A stretch of DNA of 35,849 nt, taken from positions 1 to 35,849 of IMG/VR virus record IMGVR_UViG_3300011584_000017, one strand, 5' to 3'. Position numbers and translations under genes: made by a program. The notes under the pieces are model-generated. The model did not search any database. It was not told where the DNA came from and saw only the letters and a program-made list of their open reading frames with translations. The stretch is from a virus. Its lineage: Duplodnaviria; Heunggongvirae; Uroviricota; Caudoviricetes. Positions 27,221-35,849 of the stretch are shown in pieces (the first letter of the stretch is position 1; every line of letters starts with the position of its first letter).

Positions 27221-27263
27221 CTTTCCTCCTATGACACCACACGCAATGCTGTATGTATAACCA

Positions 27264-27279
27264 CTGTTTATATTTACAG
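27264..27279 (-). promoter_or_regulatory. LexA box (SOS box) overlapping the promoter of the tum/DinI-like operon
   Basis: CTGT-ttatattt-ACAG, exact CTGT-N8-ACAG with AT-rich spacer, 44-59 bp upstream of the 62-aa ORF start. Confidence 0.7.
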
Positions 27280-27374
27280 TATATAATAATCTTACTGATG
27301 TAAAACGTTTTTTTTACGCTTATCAGCCTGATATGCCTAGTATTATTAAGAGCACGAATTGTTAACCAGCGTAA

Positions 27375-29789
27375 TTAATACAGGTTCCGCCACTTATCAT
27401 CTTCCTGCAAACGCTGGTTCCGATAGAAGATACGCAGGCCTGCTCCTGACGGAATACTGCCGCCGCGAAGGAGTAAATCGACCTCTTTCTCGCTGCCATC
27501 AAATCCTCTGGATTTCAGTTCATAGACGAGCTGCTGTCGTTGATGGTCTGTAATTCGCTGTTTGTAGTCTCTACGCCGTTTCGGTTTCACCAGACGTAAC
27601 CTTGCAGCCAGTTCCCGGCGCCCCTTTTTGTTCATACTGTGCAGGTAATCGTGCAACTCCTTGTCATCCATGCGGGTAAAGTCCGTTCTGGGGCCCCCAT
27701 CAGCTGATTTATCTTTCTCCTGTTGGTTCAAATTTTCAGCAAGGGGACAGTTATTGCCACGAGTCCAAGGGGCGCAAGCGCCCTGGTCGGCTGCCGCCTC
27801 CTGAACGTCAACGGCCTTACGAACCATTTTCCACTTCACTGCATGAGTGCAGATCTTGCCCTCTGCAATGGGTGACCAGATGCCATAAATACGAATACCG
27901 TGATCGCCATAGGCGGTCGGCTCTTCGTTGATTTCATAAGCGGTTCTGATGAGGTGATATTTACGGGGAACCAGTACGCCGCCCTGCTTCATGATGTAGG
28001 TGGCATAGCAACCAGCATCAGCTGCAGCCAGAATGGCATCAAGGCGCGGGTTATCCAGTACCGGCGCACCTGCTTTTTTGTCACCCTGTTGCCTTGCCGC
28101 CTGACCAGCCAGCAATCGCAGTTCACGATAAGCCTGACGCCCCGGAATGCCAAAGAAGCGGAATTGCTGAACACGATGCAGAGACGCCCAGGCATTAACG
28201 TATTCAGCGTTATCACGCAGGGATTTACCCGTTTCCTTGCTGATCTCGCCAGCCAGACCACGCCCGTCAATGTTCTTACTGATGTATTTCGCGATGTAGC
28301 TTGTCGGCGTTCCTTTGCGCGGGTTTATCAGCTCAGATTTAAAGCGTGGACCAGTGTTATTACCCAGTTCCTCGCGGTCTTCACGGATGGCAAATTTACG
28401 CAACAATGCAGTAATGGCGCGGCGGTCTTTTTTGCGCATGAAACACAACAGGTGCCAGTGAACTGTACCGTCATGATGCGGCTCAGCCACCCGCACGCCA
28501 TACCAGCGCAACCCGGCTTTGTGCATCGCCTTACGAAATGCAGCAAACATGCCGACCAGATAATCGCTGCTTTGTCTTACCGTCGCATTTGTCCAGGTTG
28601 GGTTTGGTCTGCCGTTATTGAGCGTGGAATGGAAACGTGACGGACAGGTAATGGTGTAGAAAACGGCGCAGTCACCGCGCATTTCCGCGATAAGCTCCAG
28701 ACCTTTAACACAGGCCATCATCTCATTGCGGCGGTGCGCCGGGTTGCTGCTGCTGGCGTTTACCACGTCTTCCATATCCAGCGTGTCGCCCTCTTCGTTC
28801 ACCAGTTCATGAGAACGGAAAAACTCCAGTGACTTGCGGCGCTGCTCACGTTTATGCATCACGGCTTCATAGCTGACATAGGGAGATGCTTTTTTGCTGA
28901 CCAGGCAGACAGCACGCAACTGCTCTTCCCGCCATTCGCAACGCATTTTCCATAATTTCCGGTACCACCAGTCGGCGCACAACATACGCGCCAGCGAACC
29001 CGGAATGAGTTCATAGGGCACGGGTTTACGGCGGTTTCTTTTCCGACGGAGTTGCTCAAACGCAGGCGGGATGACATCCAGACGCAGGGTTTCCGCTGCC
29101 ACCTTTTCCCATGTCTTGCGGATTTCTTCTGGCTTAACGTCATCGGTGGCATACAAATCACCACAAGCTGCATCAAGGCACATGCTCATATGCGCAGCGA
29201 CAAGGGTAGACAGGCGTTTCACCTGATCCTGACTCATTTCAGGCAGGATCAGCAGGCCGTCCAGCCCTACATGGCTTGCCATAAAACGAAAAGATGCAGA
29301 TAGCTGGCTGTCGCGTACATGCTCCAGTCGTTCCAGACATGGCTTAATCGTCTCACGTAAATAGCGGGAATAAGCCTTTGGCCTGCCCAGGCTGCTGAAG
29401 TATTCAATACGTTGCATCAGCGGCTTGCTGATATGAGAAGGCTGGGCGTTGACGTCCGCCAGAATGACCATATCCGGATTAAAACGCTGCTGCTCATGCG
29501 CCAGCTTTGCCCGGCTAATGAGCTTATCCTGCTCCATTTCGTGCTGGACAGGATCACGTGATTCATTAAAAAAATAACGCTCCCAGACCTGATCACTCAG
29601 TGCCTCGCGGCGCAACTGTTCCTGCTCGTTATCGGCAGCGTACAGAGTGATCAGGTTTGAAAGCGCAGAAACCGGCGCAACTTCCGCCGGGTCCAGATAA
29701 GGGTTAATGGCCTTTTTCGGGCTGTTCCATGAGAACGCTGCGGCAACCTCGTTAAAGCCGTAGCAGTTGTTCATATCGGCATGGCTCAT
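27375..29789 (-). CDS. A: Replication initiation protein A (rolling-circle initiator)
   Basis: 804-aa ORF in the gpA position at the end of the early operon; ATGA overlap with the upstream methylase gene. Confidence 0.88.
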   Translation of the reverse strand: MSHADMNNCYGFNEVAAAFSWNSPKKAINPYLDPAEVAPVSALSNLITLYAADNEQEQLRREALSDQVWERYFFNESRDPVQHEMEQDKLISRAKLAHEQQRFNPDMVILADVNAQPSHISKPLMQRIEYFSSLGRPKAYSRYLRETIKPCLERLEHVRDSQLSASFRFMASHVGLDGLLILPEMSQDQVKRLSTLVAAHMSMCLDAACGDLYATDDVKPEEIRKTWEKVAAETLRLDVIPPAFEQLRRKRNRRKPVPYELIPGSLARMLCADWWYRKLWKMRCEWREEQLRAVCLVSKKASPYVSYEAVMHKREQRRKSLEFFRSHELVNEEGDTLDMEDVVNASSSNPAHRRNEMMACVKGLELIAEMRGDCAVFYTITCPSRFHSTLNNGRPNPTWTNATVRQSSDYLVGMFAAFRKAMHKAGLRWYGVRVAEPHHDGTVHWHLLCFMRKKDRRAITALLRKFAIREDREELGNNTGPRFKSELINPRKGTPTSYIAKYISKNIDGRGLAGEISKETGKSLRDNAEYVNAWASLHRVQQFRFFGIPGRQAYRELRLLAGQAARQQGDKKAGAPVLDNPRLDAILAAADAGCYATYIMKQGGVLVPRKYHLIRTAYEINEEPTAYGDHGIRIYGIWSPIAEGKICTHAVKWKMVRKAVDVQEAAADQGACAPWTRGNNCPLAENLNQQEKDKSADGGPRTDFTRMDDKELHDYLHSMNKKGRRELAARLRLVKPKRRRDYKQRITDHQRQQLVYELKSRGFDGSEKEVDLLLRGGSIPSGAGLRIFYRNQRLQEDDKWRNLY

Positions 29790-30643
29790 GCACGTACTCC
29801 GTACACGGCAGAACTATCCACGCCACGCGAATAATCAAATCCCACCCAGCAGCGCGGCCCGGAAACAGCAATGATTTCTGTTGCTGATTTACCCTCGCCA
29901 GCTGCCACACCGATGCTGCGTTTTACCTTGATATAGTGGTGAGTAAAATTGCGATACAGCGAACGGATCAGGGATGTGTCACTGTTAGAAACAATGACCG
30001 GATGTCCTTCTGATGACCGATGTTCAAGAACGGATGCCAGGTGATACTGGTCATCTTCAGTGAAACCATCAGTGTGATAGCCGGAAAACGTACCGTCATA
30101 CGGCGGATCGCAATACACCACATCCCCCGCCTTCAACATCGCCAGCGTTTCATCAAAGCTGGCGCAGATAAACGTTGCTCGCTGGGCTTTTTCTGCAAAT
30201 GCGCGAATTTCTTTTTCAGGGAAATACGGATTTTTATAATTACCGTAGGGAATGTTGAAATGCCCGCTCTTGTTATAGCGACATAAACCACGGTAACCGT
30301 GACGATTGAGATACAGAAAATATACCGCTTTCATGAAATCAGTAATTTCAGTGGAGTAATTAAACTCCTGCCTTATGTTGTAATAAGCCACCTCTCTGTT
30401 TGCTTCCTCAAATAAAGCTCTGGCACGAGATATAAACGCCTCACAATCAGCAGCAACCTTTTTATAGAGGTTGATTAAATCAGGATTAATATCCGCAACA
30501 AGATAGCTGGGGTAATCCGTCTCCATCATCACTGCACAGGAACCCGCGAAAGGTTCAACCAGTCGCGGACCAGCAGGAAGATGTTTTTTCAGTTCGAACA
30601 TAATGGCGGTTTTATTTCCCGCCCATTTCAGGATGGTGCTCAT
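29786..30643 (-). CDS. dam: DNA adenine methyltransferase (Dam family, orphan)
   Basis: 285 aa from ATG 30643 ([12 protein letters not shown]...FAGSCAV...DPPY): SAM-binding and DPPY catalytic motifs of N6-adenine MTases; no adjacent restriction endonuclease gene. Confidence 0.88.
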   Translation of the reverse strand: MSTILKWAGNKTAIMFELKKHLPAGPRLVEPFAGSCAVMMETDYPSYLVADINPDLINLYKKVAADCEAFISRARALFEEANREVAYYNIRQEFNYSTEITDFMKAVYFLYLNRHGYRGLCRYNKSGHFNIPYGNYKNPYFPEKEIRAFAEKAQRATFICASFDETLAMLKAGDVVYCDPPYDGTFSGYHTDGFTEDDQYHLASVLEHRSSEGHPVIVSNSDTSLIRSLYRNFTHHYIKVKRSIGVAAGEGKSATEIIAVSGPRCWVGFDYSRGVDSSAVYGVRA

Positions 30644-30867
30644 ACAGTACCTCCGTTGTAATGTTTGCCTTTCAGCTCTGCGATTTCCTGACAGGTAATG
30701 CAAAGTTGCACACCCGGAATGGCACGGCGGCGTGCTGGCGGAATTGGCGCTTCACACTCAACGCAAAGCACGCGGGACACGCCCGGCGTTTTGGCACGGG
30801 CAGCACGGATGTGGCGCTGGCGTTCTTCTTCAACGCGCTGCTGTACGAGATCCATTGCATCAGCCAT
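30640..30867 (-). CDS. TraR/DksA-family C4 zinc-finger protein (P2 Orf82-like)
   Basis: 75 aa with CVEC...CITC zinc-finger; ATGA overlap with dam. Confidence 0.7.
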   Translation of the reverse strand: MADAMDLVQQRVEEERQRHIRAARAKTPGVSRVLCVECEAPIPPARRRAIPGVQLCITCQEIAELKGKHYNGGTV

Positions 30868-31100
30868 TAGTGGATCTCCTGCGCTTCGTTCTGGATTGCT
30901 TCAGCGGTCACACGCAGCAGTTCTGCTACTTCGACGTGGTTTAGCTGGCGGGATGAGATATGACACGCCAGGCTATCAAGGCGAGCTGCCATTGCTTCAG
31001 CCCTTGCCCGGCGTTCTTCCAGACGAGCCTCTGTCAGTAAAATATTAAGCCCTGCATCATCCGGTCCGGTTTTAGTCGTGAGGGTTTCAATATTACGCAT
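30867..31100 (-). CDS. Hypothetical early protein
   Basis: ORF in the early operon; start set at ATG 31100 with RBS GGAG. Confidence 0.5.
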   Translation of the reverse strand: MRNIETLTTKTGPDDAGLNILLTEARLEERRARAEAMAARLDSLACHISSRQLNHVEVAELLRVTAEAIQNEAQEIH

Positions 31101-31167
31101 AATCAATTCTCCTGAATTTAGATAAAGGGATGCCCGGCGGGTTTACGCCATTGATTTCATTAGTTGG

Positions 31168-31509
31168 TTAATTCGGCATGGTTAGCCGTCTGGGAAATAA
31201 GCTCACCACTGCACGAAAATGATTCATTGCTTTAATCAGCTCCCGCTTTTCGTCAGTGGTCAGCTCATTAATGCTGATGCTATGACGTTCAGCTGGAATT
31301 TTTGCCATAAAGAATATAGCAGCCAGTGCCCGTTTATTTTGTTCATTATTGATATCCCGTGGATCACGCATATCTTTAATAAACCGCTCAAGCTCTGACT
31401 CAATATTCAGGCCAAATACTTTCGCCCTTAACTCCGCAATGTGATTAAGTCCATTCAGGCGTTCGCCGGGGCTTAATGGAACAGTCGCCGCAGCGCCTTC
31501 AATAGCCAT
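31168..31509 (-). CDS. Hypothetical early protein
   Basis: 113-aa ORF in operon orientation, ATG start. Confidence 0.5.
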   Translation of the reverse strand: MAIEGAAATVPLSPGERLNGLNHIAELRAKVFGLNIESELERFIKDMRDPRDINNEQNKRALAAIFFMAKIPAERHSISINELTTDEKRELIKAMNHFRAVVSLFPRRLTMPN

Positions 31510-31590
31510 TTATGCATCCCACAACACATCTACTAAAAATTTTTTGATATGATCCATTACCAACATATTGATAGCTAGAAGGAATCATCA

Positions 31591-31839
31591 ATGTTGAACC
31601 CGGTTGAAAGAGAGCGTTTAGAGCAACTTGAAAACGAGATCTCCAGTCTTCGCGATGAGCTTGCTGTTCAACGAATTCTTGTTTCAGGTCTGATCCACTC
31701 CTTATTTCGAACTGACTCAGCAAATCAATCTGCATTTTTTGAGCTCCTCCGCGAAGAATTAAACAAACTTCCTTTAGGTTCGGTTAAACAACAAGAATTC
31801 ACTCATCTGATACAGACACTGATAGATCGTTACCGATAA
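31591..31839 (+). CDS. Hypothetical small coiled-coil protein encoded opposite to the early operon
   Basis: 82-aa ORF with RBS GAAGGAA 6 nt before ATG; protein-like composition; overlaps a less convincing minus-strand ORF (31499-31735). Confidence 0.45.
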   Translation: MLNPVERERLEQLENEISSLRDELAVQRILVSGLIHSLFRTDSANQSAFFELLREELNKLPLGSVKQQEFTHLIQTLIDRYR

Positions 31840-32069
31840 ATATTTCGCCGATAACGTTCAAGAGGTGATGTCTTTATACGCATCACTTCTTGTACTTTTT
31901 CACCACGTATAAAGGTTCCATCCTTTAGCGTGAAAAAGTAGCTACCATCGCCCGACAACGACGGATAGCAACAGAGCAAATCATCTTCAGGTACTGAATA
32001 ACTCTCCCCTCTGTAACGAAACTGATAAACCACTTCACTTTCTGCCGCATACATTTGGACTTTCTCCAT
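31830..32069 (-). CDS. Hypothetical early protein
   Basis: 79-aa ORF, ATG at 32069 with GAGG just upstream; overlaps another frame (see 31925-32221). Confidence 0.4.
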   Translation of the reverse strand: MEKVQMYAAESEVVYQFRYRGESYSVPEDDLLCCYPSLSGDGSYFFTLKDGTFIRGEKVQEVMRIKTSPLERYRRNIYR

Positions 32070-32221
32070 TTCCTCGTGGTCAATTCAGACAGCAATTCAT
32101 CTTGTGAATGACATGGATGCCAGCGTTTACCATCCTCTCCCATGATCCAGCCGTGACCGTAGTGCATTGCCGGGCTTTGTTTAACCAGCAGCGATGCAAA
32201 TGATGGTTCTTTCGTAAGCAT
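31925..32221 (-). CDS. Hypothetical early ORF overlapping the previous one (possible frameshifted single gene)
   Basis: ATG 32221 with GAGGTG upstream, 5 nt after the stop of the CII-like gene; the N-terminal ~50 codons look coding, the rest overlaps 31830-32069 out of frame. Confidence 0.3.
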   Translation of the reverse strand: MLTKEPSFASLLVKQSPAMHYGHGWIMGEDGKRWHPCHSQDELLSELTTRKWRKSKCMRQKVKWFISFVTEGRVIQYLKMICSVAIRRCRAMVATFSR

Positions 32222-32228
32222 AAGCACC

Positions 32229-32738
32229 TCACAGCAAACCGAATGAAGCACCAAGGCCAGTCACGGTATCAACTGCACTCGCCATCGCAGGGTTAGCCTG
32301 TAAACGAGCCTGCAATGAAACAGCAGCCAGCGCCATCAGTCGTGTTACAGAGTTAATACTGCTGATAGCATCACGACGACCTGCACTGGTTTTTACATCG
32401 CCAGATACCGCACCAGCAGCAACACGCCCGATCTCTGCGGTTGCACTCATGACGTAATGTGGCAGTTTCTCTTTTGCCACCTCATTAATCGGAACACATG
32501 GCAGACAATGAATCTGTGCCAGAAAACCATCTACCAGCGTTGAATCTTCAGTCAGATCGGTAAGCAACCAAATTTCTGGTGCGGTTAATAAATGAGGCTG
32601 AGCTGGGTTCAGCTTGTTCCGCAGAATCTGCACATTCATGCCTGCACGTTCTGCCAGTTGCACCAGGTTGTGACGCAGTGCAAAAGCCCTACAGGCTTCA
32701 TCGAAATGCGGATGTTTGGAAATCTTGTAATCAAACAT
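32229..32738 (-). CDS. CII-like early regulatory protein (phage 186 CII / P2 B position)
   Basis: 169-aa ORF with an HTH-like segment ([19 protein letters not shown]); second gene of the lytic operon. Confidence 0.6.
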   Translation of the reverse strand: MFDYKISKHPHFDEACRAFALRHNLVQLAERAGMNVQILRNKLNPAQPHLLTAPEIWLLTDLTEDSTLVDGFLAQIHCLPCVPINEVAKEKLPHYVMSATAEIGRVAAGAVSGDVKTSAGRRDAISSINSVTRLMALAAVSLQARLQANPAMASAVDTVTGLGASFGLL

Positions 32739-32770
32739 GGTGCCCCCTTAGAAAGTTCCCATAATTGAAC

Positions 32771-33013
32771 TTACTTACCAACAATGACGCGGAAGTTGGA
32801 ATGACCGAGGGATTCACGGACCTGATCAGTTTTGTACATCAGATAACGAAGGCTTACGCGGCCTTTATTTTTTTCTTTCTTGACCATGTACTTAGCAAGT
32901 TGACCATGGTGAATTTTTTGGTAAACAGAGCCACGGGAAATGCCCTCCCACTCTGCGAACTCTGCAGGCGTAGCCATCTCTTTTGGTACACGAATTGAAA
33001 TATCAGTACTCAT
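32771..33013 (-). CDS. Apl/Cox-like excisionase and lytic-operon regulator
   Basis: 80-aa HTH-containing ORF, first gene divergent from the repressor gene. Confidence 0.6.
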   Translation of the reverse strand: MSTDISIRVPKEMATPAEFAEWEGISRGSVYQKIHHGQLAKYMVKKEKNKGRVSLRYLMYKTDQVRESLGHSNFRVIVGK

Positions 33014-33100
33014 AGTGCAGTATCTCTTACTTTGTGTGCGTGTTAGTTCGTTTTAGCCCGTCTCTTTAACTCTCATATCAAGAGACATGAAGACATTACG

Positions 33101-33115
33101 ATCTTGATTCAAGAT
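33101..33115. promoter_or_regulatory. Palindromic candidate operator in the immunity switch region
   Basis: atcttga-t-tcaagat perfect 15-bp palindrome 20 bp upstream of the repressor start; nearby direct repeats of agacat. Confidence 0.4.
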
Positions 33116-33134
33116 TGTCAAATGGAGATTACCA

Positions 33135-33767
33135 ATGTTAAACATCAGAATGGGTTCCGATACGGGAGGTAAGGCAGCTATTGAGAGGCTGCTTAAGGCT
33201 TATGGATTCACAACTAAGCAGGCATTAAGCGAGCACCTGAATGTCTCAAAAAGTACTATGGCAAACAGAGTGTTACGTGACAGCTTTCCTGCTGACTGGA
33301 TAATTCAGTGTGCACTAGAAACCGGTGTTTCGTTACTTTGGTTAGCCACAGGACAGGGAAGCATGAAAGAAGGATACGAGTCTGAGAAAAGATCTCATAA
33401 CGAGAACAAACAAGCAATTAAACCGTTATCCAAACTCATAACTCCATCTATTCCTAAAGGAACCTTGGAAAATGGGCAACTCAGTATTGATGAAGAGATT
33501 TTCCTAGACCACAGCATATTACCTGCAGATTATGAAGAATCGATGTTCTTAGAAACCCCTACTGATTGTTATCTCATCGATAAATCAGTTAAACAAGTCA
33601 GCAATGGATTCTGGCTTATCAATATTGATGGAATGATTATTATTGCAAAAATCATGCGGATTCCCGGCAATAAAATTGTAGTAAATCAAGATGAAGCGTC
33701 TTTCGAGTGCTCTGCTGATGATGTGGAAGTTATTGGGCGTGCAGTCAAAGTAATAAAGAGTATCTAA
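33135..33767 (+). CDS. cI: Immunity repressor CI (phage 186 CI type, no LexA-like autocleavage domain seen)
   Basis: 210-aa ORF with N-terminal HTH (TTKQALSEHLNVSKSTMANRV); no G-x-S-M peptidase motif; co-directional with int and ends 2 nt before it. Confidence 0.82.
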   Translation: MLNIRMGSDTGGKAAIERLLKAYGFTTKQALSEHLNVSKSTMANRVLRDSFPADWIIQCALETGVSLLWLATGQGSMKEGYESEKRSHNENKQAIKPLSKLITPSIPKGTLENGQLSIDEEIFLDHSILPADYEESMFLETPTDCYLIDKSVKQVSNGFWLINIDGMIIIAKIMRIPGNKIVVNQDEASFECSADDVEVIGRAVKVIKSI

Positions 33768-33769
33768 AC

Positions 33770-34786
33770 ATGACTGTCAGAAAACAGCCAAACGGTAAAT
33801 GGTTGTGCGAGTGCTATCCCAATGGACGCAATGGCAAGCGCGTGCGTAAGCAATTTGCTACGAAAGGCGAAGCCATTGCTTTTGAAAGCTTCACAATGGA
33901 AGAAGTGAACAAAAAACCATGGCTGGGGGAAAAGGAAGATCGGCGACACCTATCGGAATTAATTGAGCAGTGGTATTCCCTGTATGGTCAAACACTCGCA
34001 GACCCCAAGCGCCTCATGGCGAAACTTAGAATTATCTGTAATGGTCTAGGCGATCCCATCGCCTCAGAACTGACAGCTGGTGACTTTACGAAATACCGTG
34101 AAGCACGGTTAAAAGGTGAAGTAAGAAATGAAGATGGCACGCTTATGTCGCCCGTTAAGCCCCGCACGGTAAACCTTGAACAGCGCAATCTATCATCGGT
34201 GTTCGGTACATTAAAAAAACTAGGACACTGGTCAGCACCAAACCCGCTGGCAGGACTTCCGACCTTCAAAATTGCCGAAGGTGAGCTAGCTTTTCTTTCC
34301 GCGGACGAAATCAAACGCCTGCTTAATGCCTGCGCCGAATCTCAAAATGCCAGCCTACTAATGATTGCAAAAATATGTTTGGCTACTGGTGCACGATGGA
34401 GTGAAGCAGAAAACCTGCAGGGTCACCAAATATCGAAATACCGAATTACTTATACAAAGACCAAAGGCAAGAAAAACAGAACAGTACCGATATCACAGGA
34501 ACTGTATGACGAACTCCCGAAGAACAGAGGGAAGTTATTCACGCCATGTAGAAAAGCCTTTGAACGAGCAGTAAAGCGAGCCGGCATCGAGTTGCCAGAG
34601 GGCCAGTGCACCCACGTACTGCGCCATACATTCGCCAGCCATTTTATGATGAACGGCGGAAATATACTGGTACTGCGAGATATTCTTGGTCATGCTGACA
34701 TAAAAATGACGATGGTTTACGCTCACTTTTCTCCGGATCATCTTGAAGATGCTGTAACAAAAAACCCTTTGTATACTTTGGTTTAA
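33770..34786 (+). CDS. int: Tyrosine integrase (P2 Int family)
   Basis: 338-aa ORF with C-terminal catalytic region (...HVLRHTFASHFMMNGGNILVLRDILGHADIKMTMVYAHF) containing the R-H-R-Y signature. Confidence 0.95.
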   Translation: MTVRKQPNGKWLCECYPNGRNGKRVRKQFATKGEAIAFESFTMEEVNKKPWLGEKEDRRHLSELIEQWYSLYGQTLADPKRLMAKLRIICNGLGDPIASELTAGDFTKYREARLKGEVRNEDGTLMSPVKPRTVNLEQRNLSSVFGTLKKLGHWSAPNPLAGLPTFKIAEGELAFLSADEIKRLLNACAESQNASLLMIAKICLATGARWSEAENLQGHQISKYRITYTKTKGKKNRTVPISQELYDELPKNRGKLFTPCRKAFERAVKRAGIELPEGQCTHVLRHTFASHFMMNGGNILVLRDILGHADIKMTMVYAHFSPDHLEDAVTKNPLYTLV

Positions 34787-34790
34787 CAAA

Positions 34791-35849
34791 ATGAAAATTA
34801 AACTAACATCAATCATTGCCTATACCATTATATCTATTATTATTGCACTAGGTTTAGTGTATACCAATAGACCAAGAATCTTTGTTTTATTTAGCATATT
34901 TCATATCCTTGGTGTGGTTGTTATATTCTATTATTTCAACTGGTTAAAACTTAATGAGAAAAACCTATTAAAGCAGCCATTATTTATAGCTTCAATTATC
35001 ATACCGTTAGAAATGTTTATTTTGTATGGCCTTTGGGCATGGAAAGGTCACAGTTTAGATTTTACGTCAGAAGGCTTTAATCAATTCTTAGATATCTCTA
35101 AATTACCATTGTTAATTTTAGCTTCTTCTGTTCCTCTTGCATCAATAGTAAATAATATACACAGAACAACTCAGACAGAGAATCAGATTGAAAAAACACA
35201 AAAACAAATCAATCTTGTAATTGAAAAGAATAAAACTGATTCTTATTACTCACATCTAAAAAGTTACGCGGATATTTTTAAAACACTACCGGCTTTTAAA
35301 ATATCAAGATTAAACAAAAATGATGGAAGCACGGAATACATTGAATTATCTGTCGTTCATCCTTACACTCTCTACAAAAATATATTCAAATCATCTTCAA
35401 TCGATAATGGATATAGCACCACGGTCGAAGATGGCTTCATAAAAAAAACAAAACACCTTTATAACAAAATAAACAAAAGCCTTACATCAAAAAATACTAC
35501 TCATGATATCCAATTATCTAATCTGCAACTAATAGAATCACACATAATTGAACTATGCCGATTACTTGGGATTGACTATAAATACCAAGAACATCTATTT
35601 CTAATAATTTTTGAGAATCCCAAACATAATATAGAATCAATAACTATCTCATATAGTGATGAAAAACAACTTAAGCAAATGCTTTGGGGGCTAAGAAACA
35701 TTCTCATTGAACTATATATTTTAATTGACGAAGACCCCAATATTTTTCTAGCAAGCAAAAATACTGGTAACGTCATCCCTGATTATGCCCTATATTTTGA
35801 AAATCTGTTTACACACATTCTCCCTATCTCAAATAAAATGCGTATGTGA
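34791..35849 (+). CDS. Hypothetical membrane protein (about 4 N-terminal TM helices plus Lys/Asn/Ile-rich soluble domain); candidate prophage-expressed exclusion/defence factor
   Basis: 352-aa ORF starting 4 nt after the int stop, ending with TGA at the last window base; extremely AT-rich compared with the phage core; weak RBS. Confidence 0.6.
   Translation: MKIKLTSIIAYTIISIIIALGLVYTNRPRIFVLFSIFHILGVVVIFYYFNWLKLNEKNLLKQPLFIASIIIPLEMFILYGLWAWKGHSLDFTSEGFNQFLDISKLPLLILASSVPLASIVNNIHRTTQTENQIEKTQKQINLVIEKNKTDSYYSHLKSYADIFKTLPAFKISRLNKNDGSTEYIELSVVHPYTLYKNIFKSSSIDNGYSTTVEDGFIKKTKHLYNKINKSLTSKNTTHDIQLSNLQLIESHIIELCRLLGIDYKYQEHLFLIIFENPKHNIESITISYSDEKQLKQMLWGLRNILIELYILIDEDPNIFLASKNTGNVIPDYALYFENLFTHILPISNKMRM

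Larger units (their letters stand above)
1061..34786. mobile_element. P2/186-like prophage inserted at the 3' end of ssrA (the far boundary is not resolved within the window)
   Basis: Contiguous P2-order gene set from ogr/D next to ssrA to int at the distal end; the tmRNA 3' end is a known integration target for this phage type. No second copy of the ssrA 3' end was found by eye inside the window. Confidence 0.85.

Noticed and set aside
27900-28640. 246-aa plus-strand ORF inside the replication gene A
   Set aside because: Antisense to a well-supported 804-aa gene; no independent support.
31499-31735. 78-aa minus-strand ORF overlapping the 31591-31839 plus-strand ORF
   Set aside because: Less protein-like composition and no clear RBS; the plus-strand ORF has a strong RBS. 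One of the two is spurious and the minus-strand one is the weaker candidate.
1-35849. CRISPR arrays, rRNA/tRNA genes other than tmRNA, IS elements
   Set aside because: No direct-repeat/spacer periodicity, no tRNA-like cloverleaf regions other than the tmRNA tRNA-like domain, and no transposase-like ORF with terminal inverted repeats were seen.

Overview
The window opens with the host smpB-ssrA (tmRNA) locus of an Escherichia-like enterobacterium and then runs through an almost complete P2/186-like (Peduovirus-type) prophage inserted directly 3' of ssrA. It carries ogr and the late operons on the minus strand (D-U-T-E/E'-FII-FI, then H-I-J-W-V-S-R-lysC/B/A-K-Y-X-L-M-N-O) with P-Q on the plus strand. 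A Gin/Pin-type invertase sits beside an invertible tail-fibre segment; a 10-N assembly gap at one crossover site has flanks that carry sequence from both orientations. A cos-like site and a 186-type early/immunity region follow (A, Dam methylase, small early ORFs, CII-like, Apl/Cox-like, CI, Int), with a LexA-box-controlled tum/DinI-like module. AT-rich cargo that is not P2 core sits at four places: a BRCT-like small ORF next to ssrA, a 580-aa AIPR-like candidate abortive-infection gene between Q and cos, a lipoprotein between cos and the SOS module, and a 4-TM membrane protein immediately 3' of int. These four are the best candidates for an uncharacterised defence or exclusion function. All calls rest on reading the sequence and the ORF track plus remembered family features; no database search was run. 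The track uses GTG/TTG as well as ATG starts, so several gene starts are approximate.
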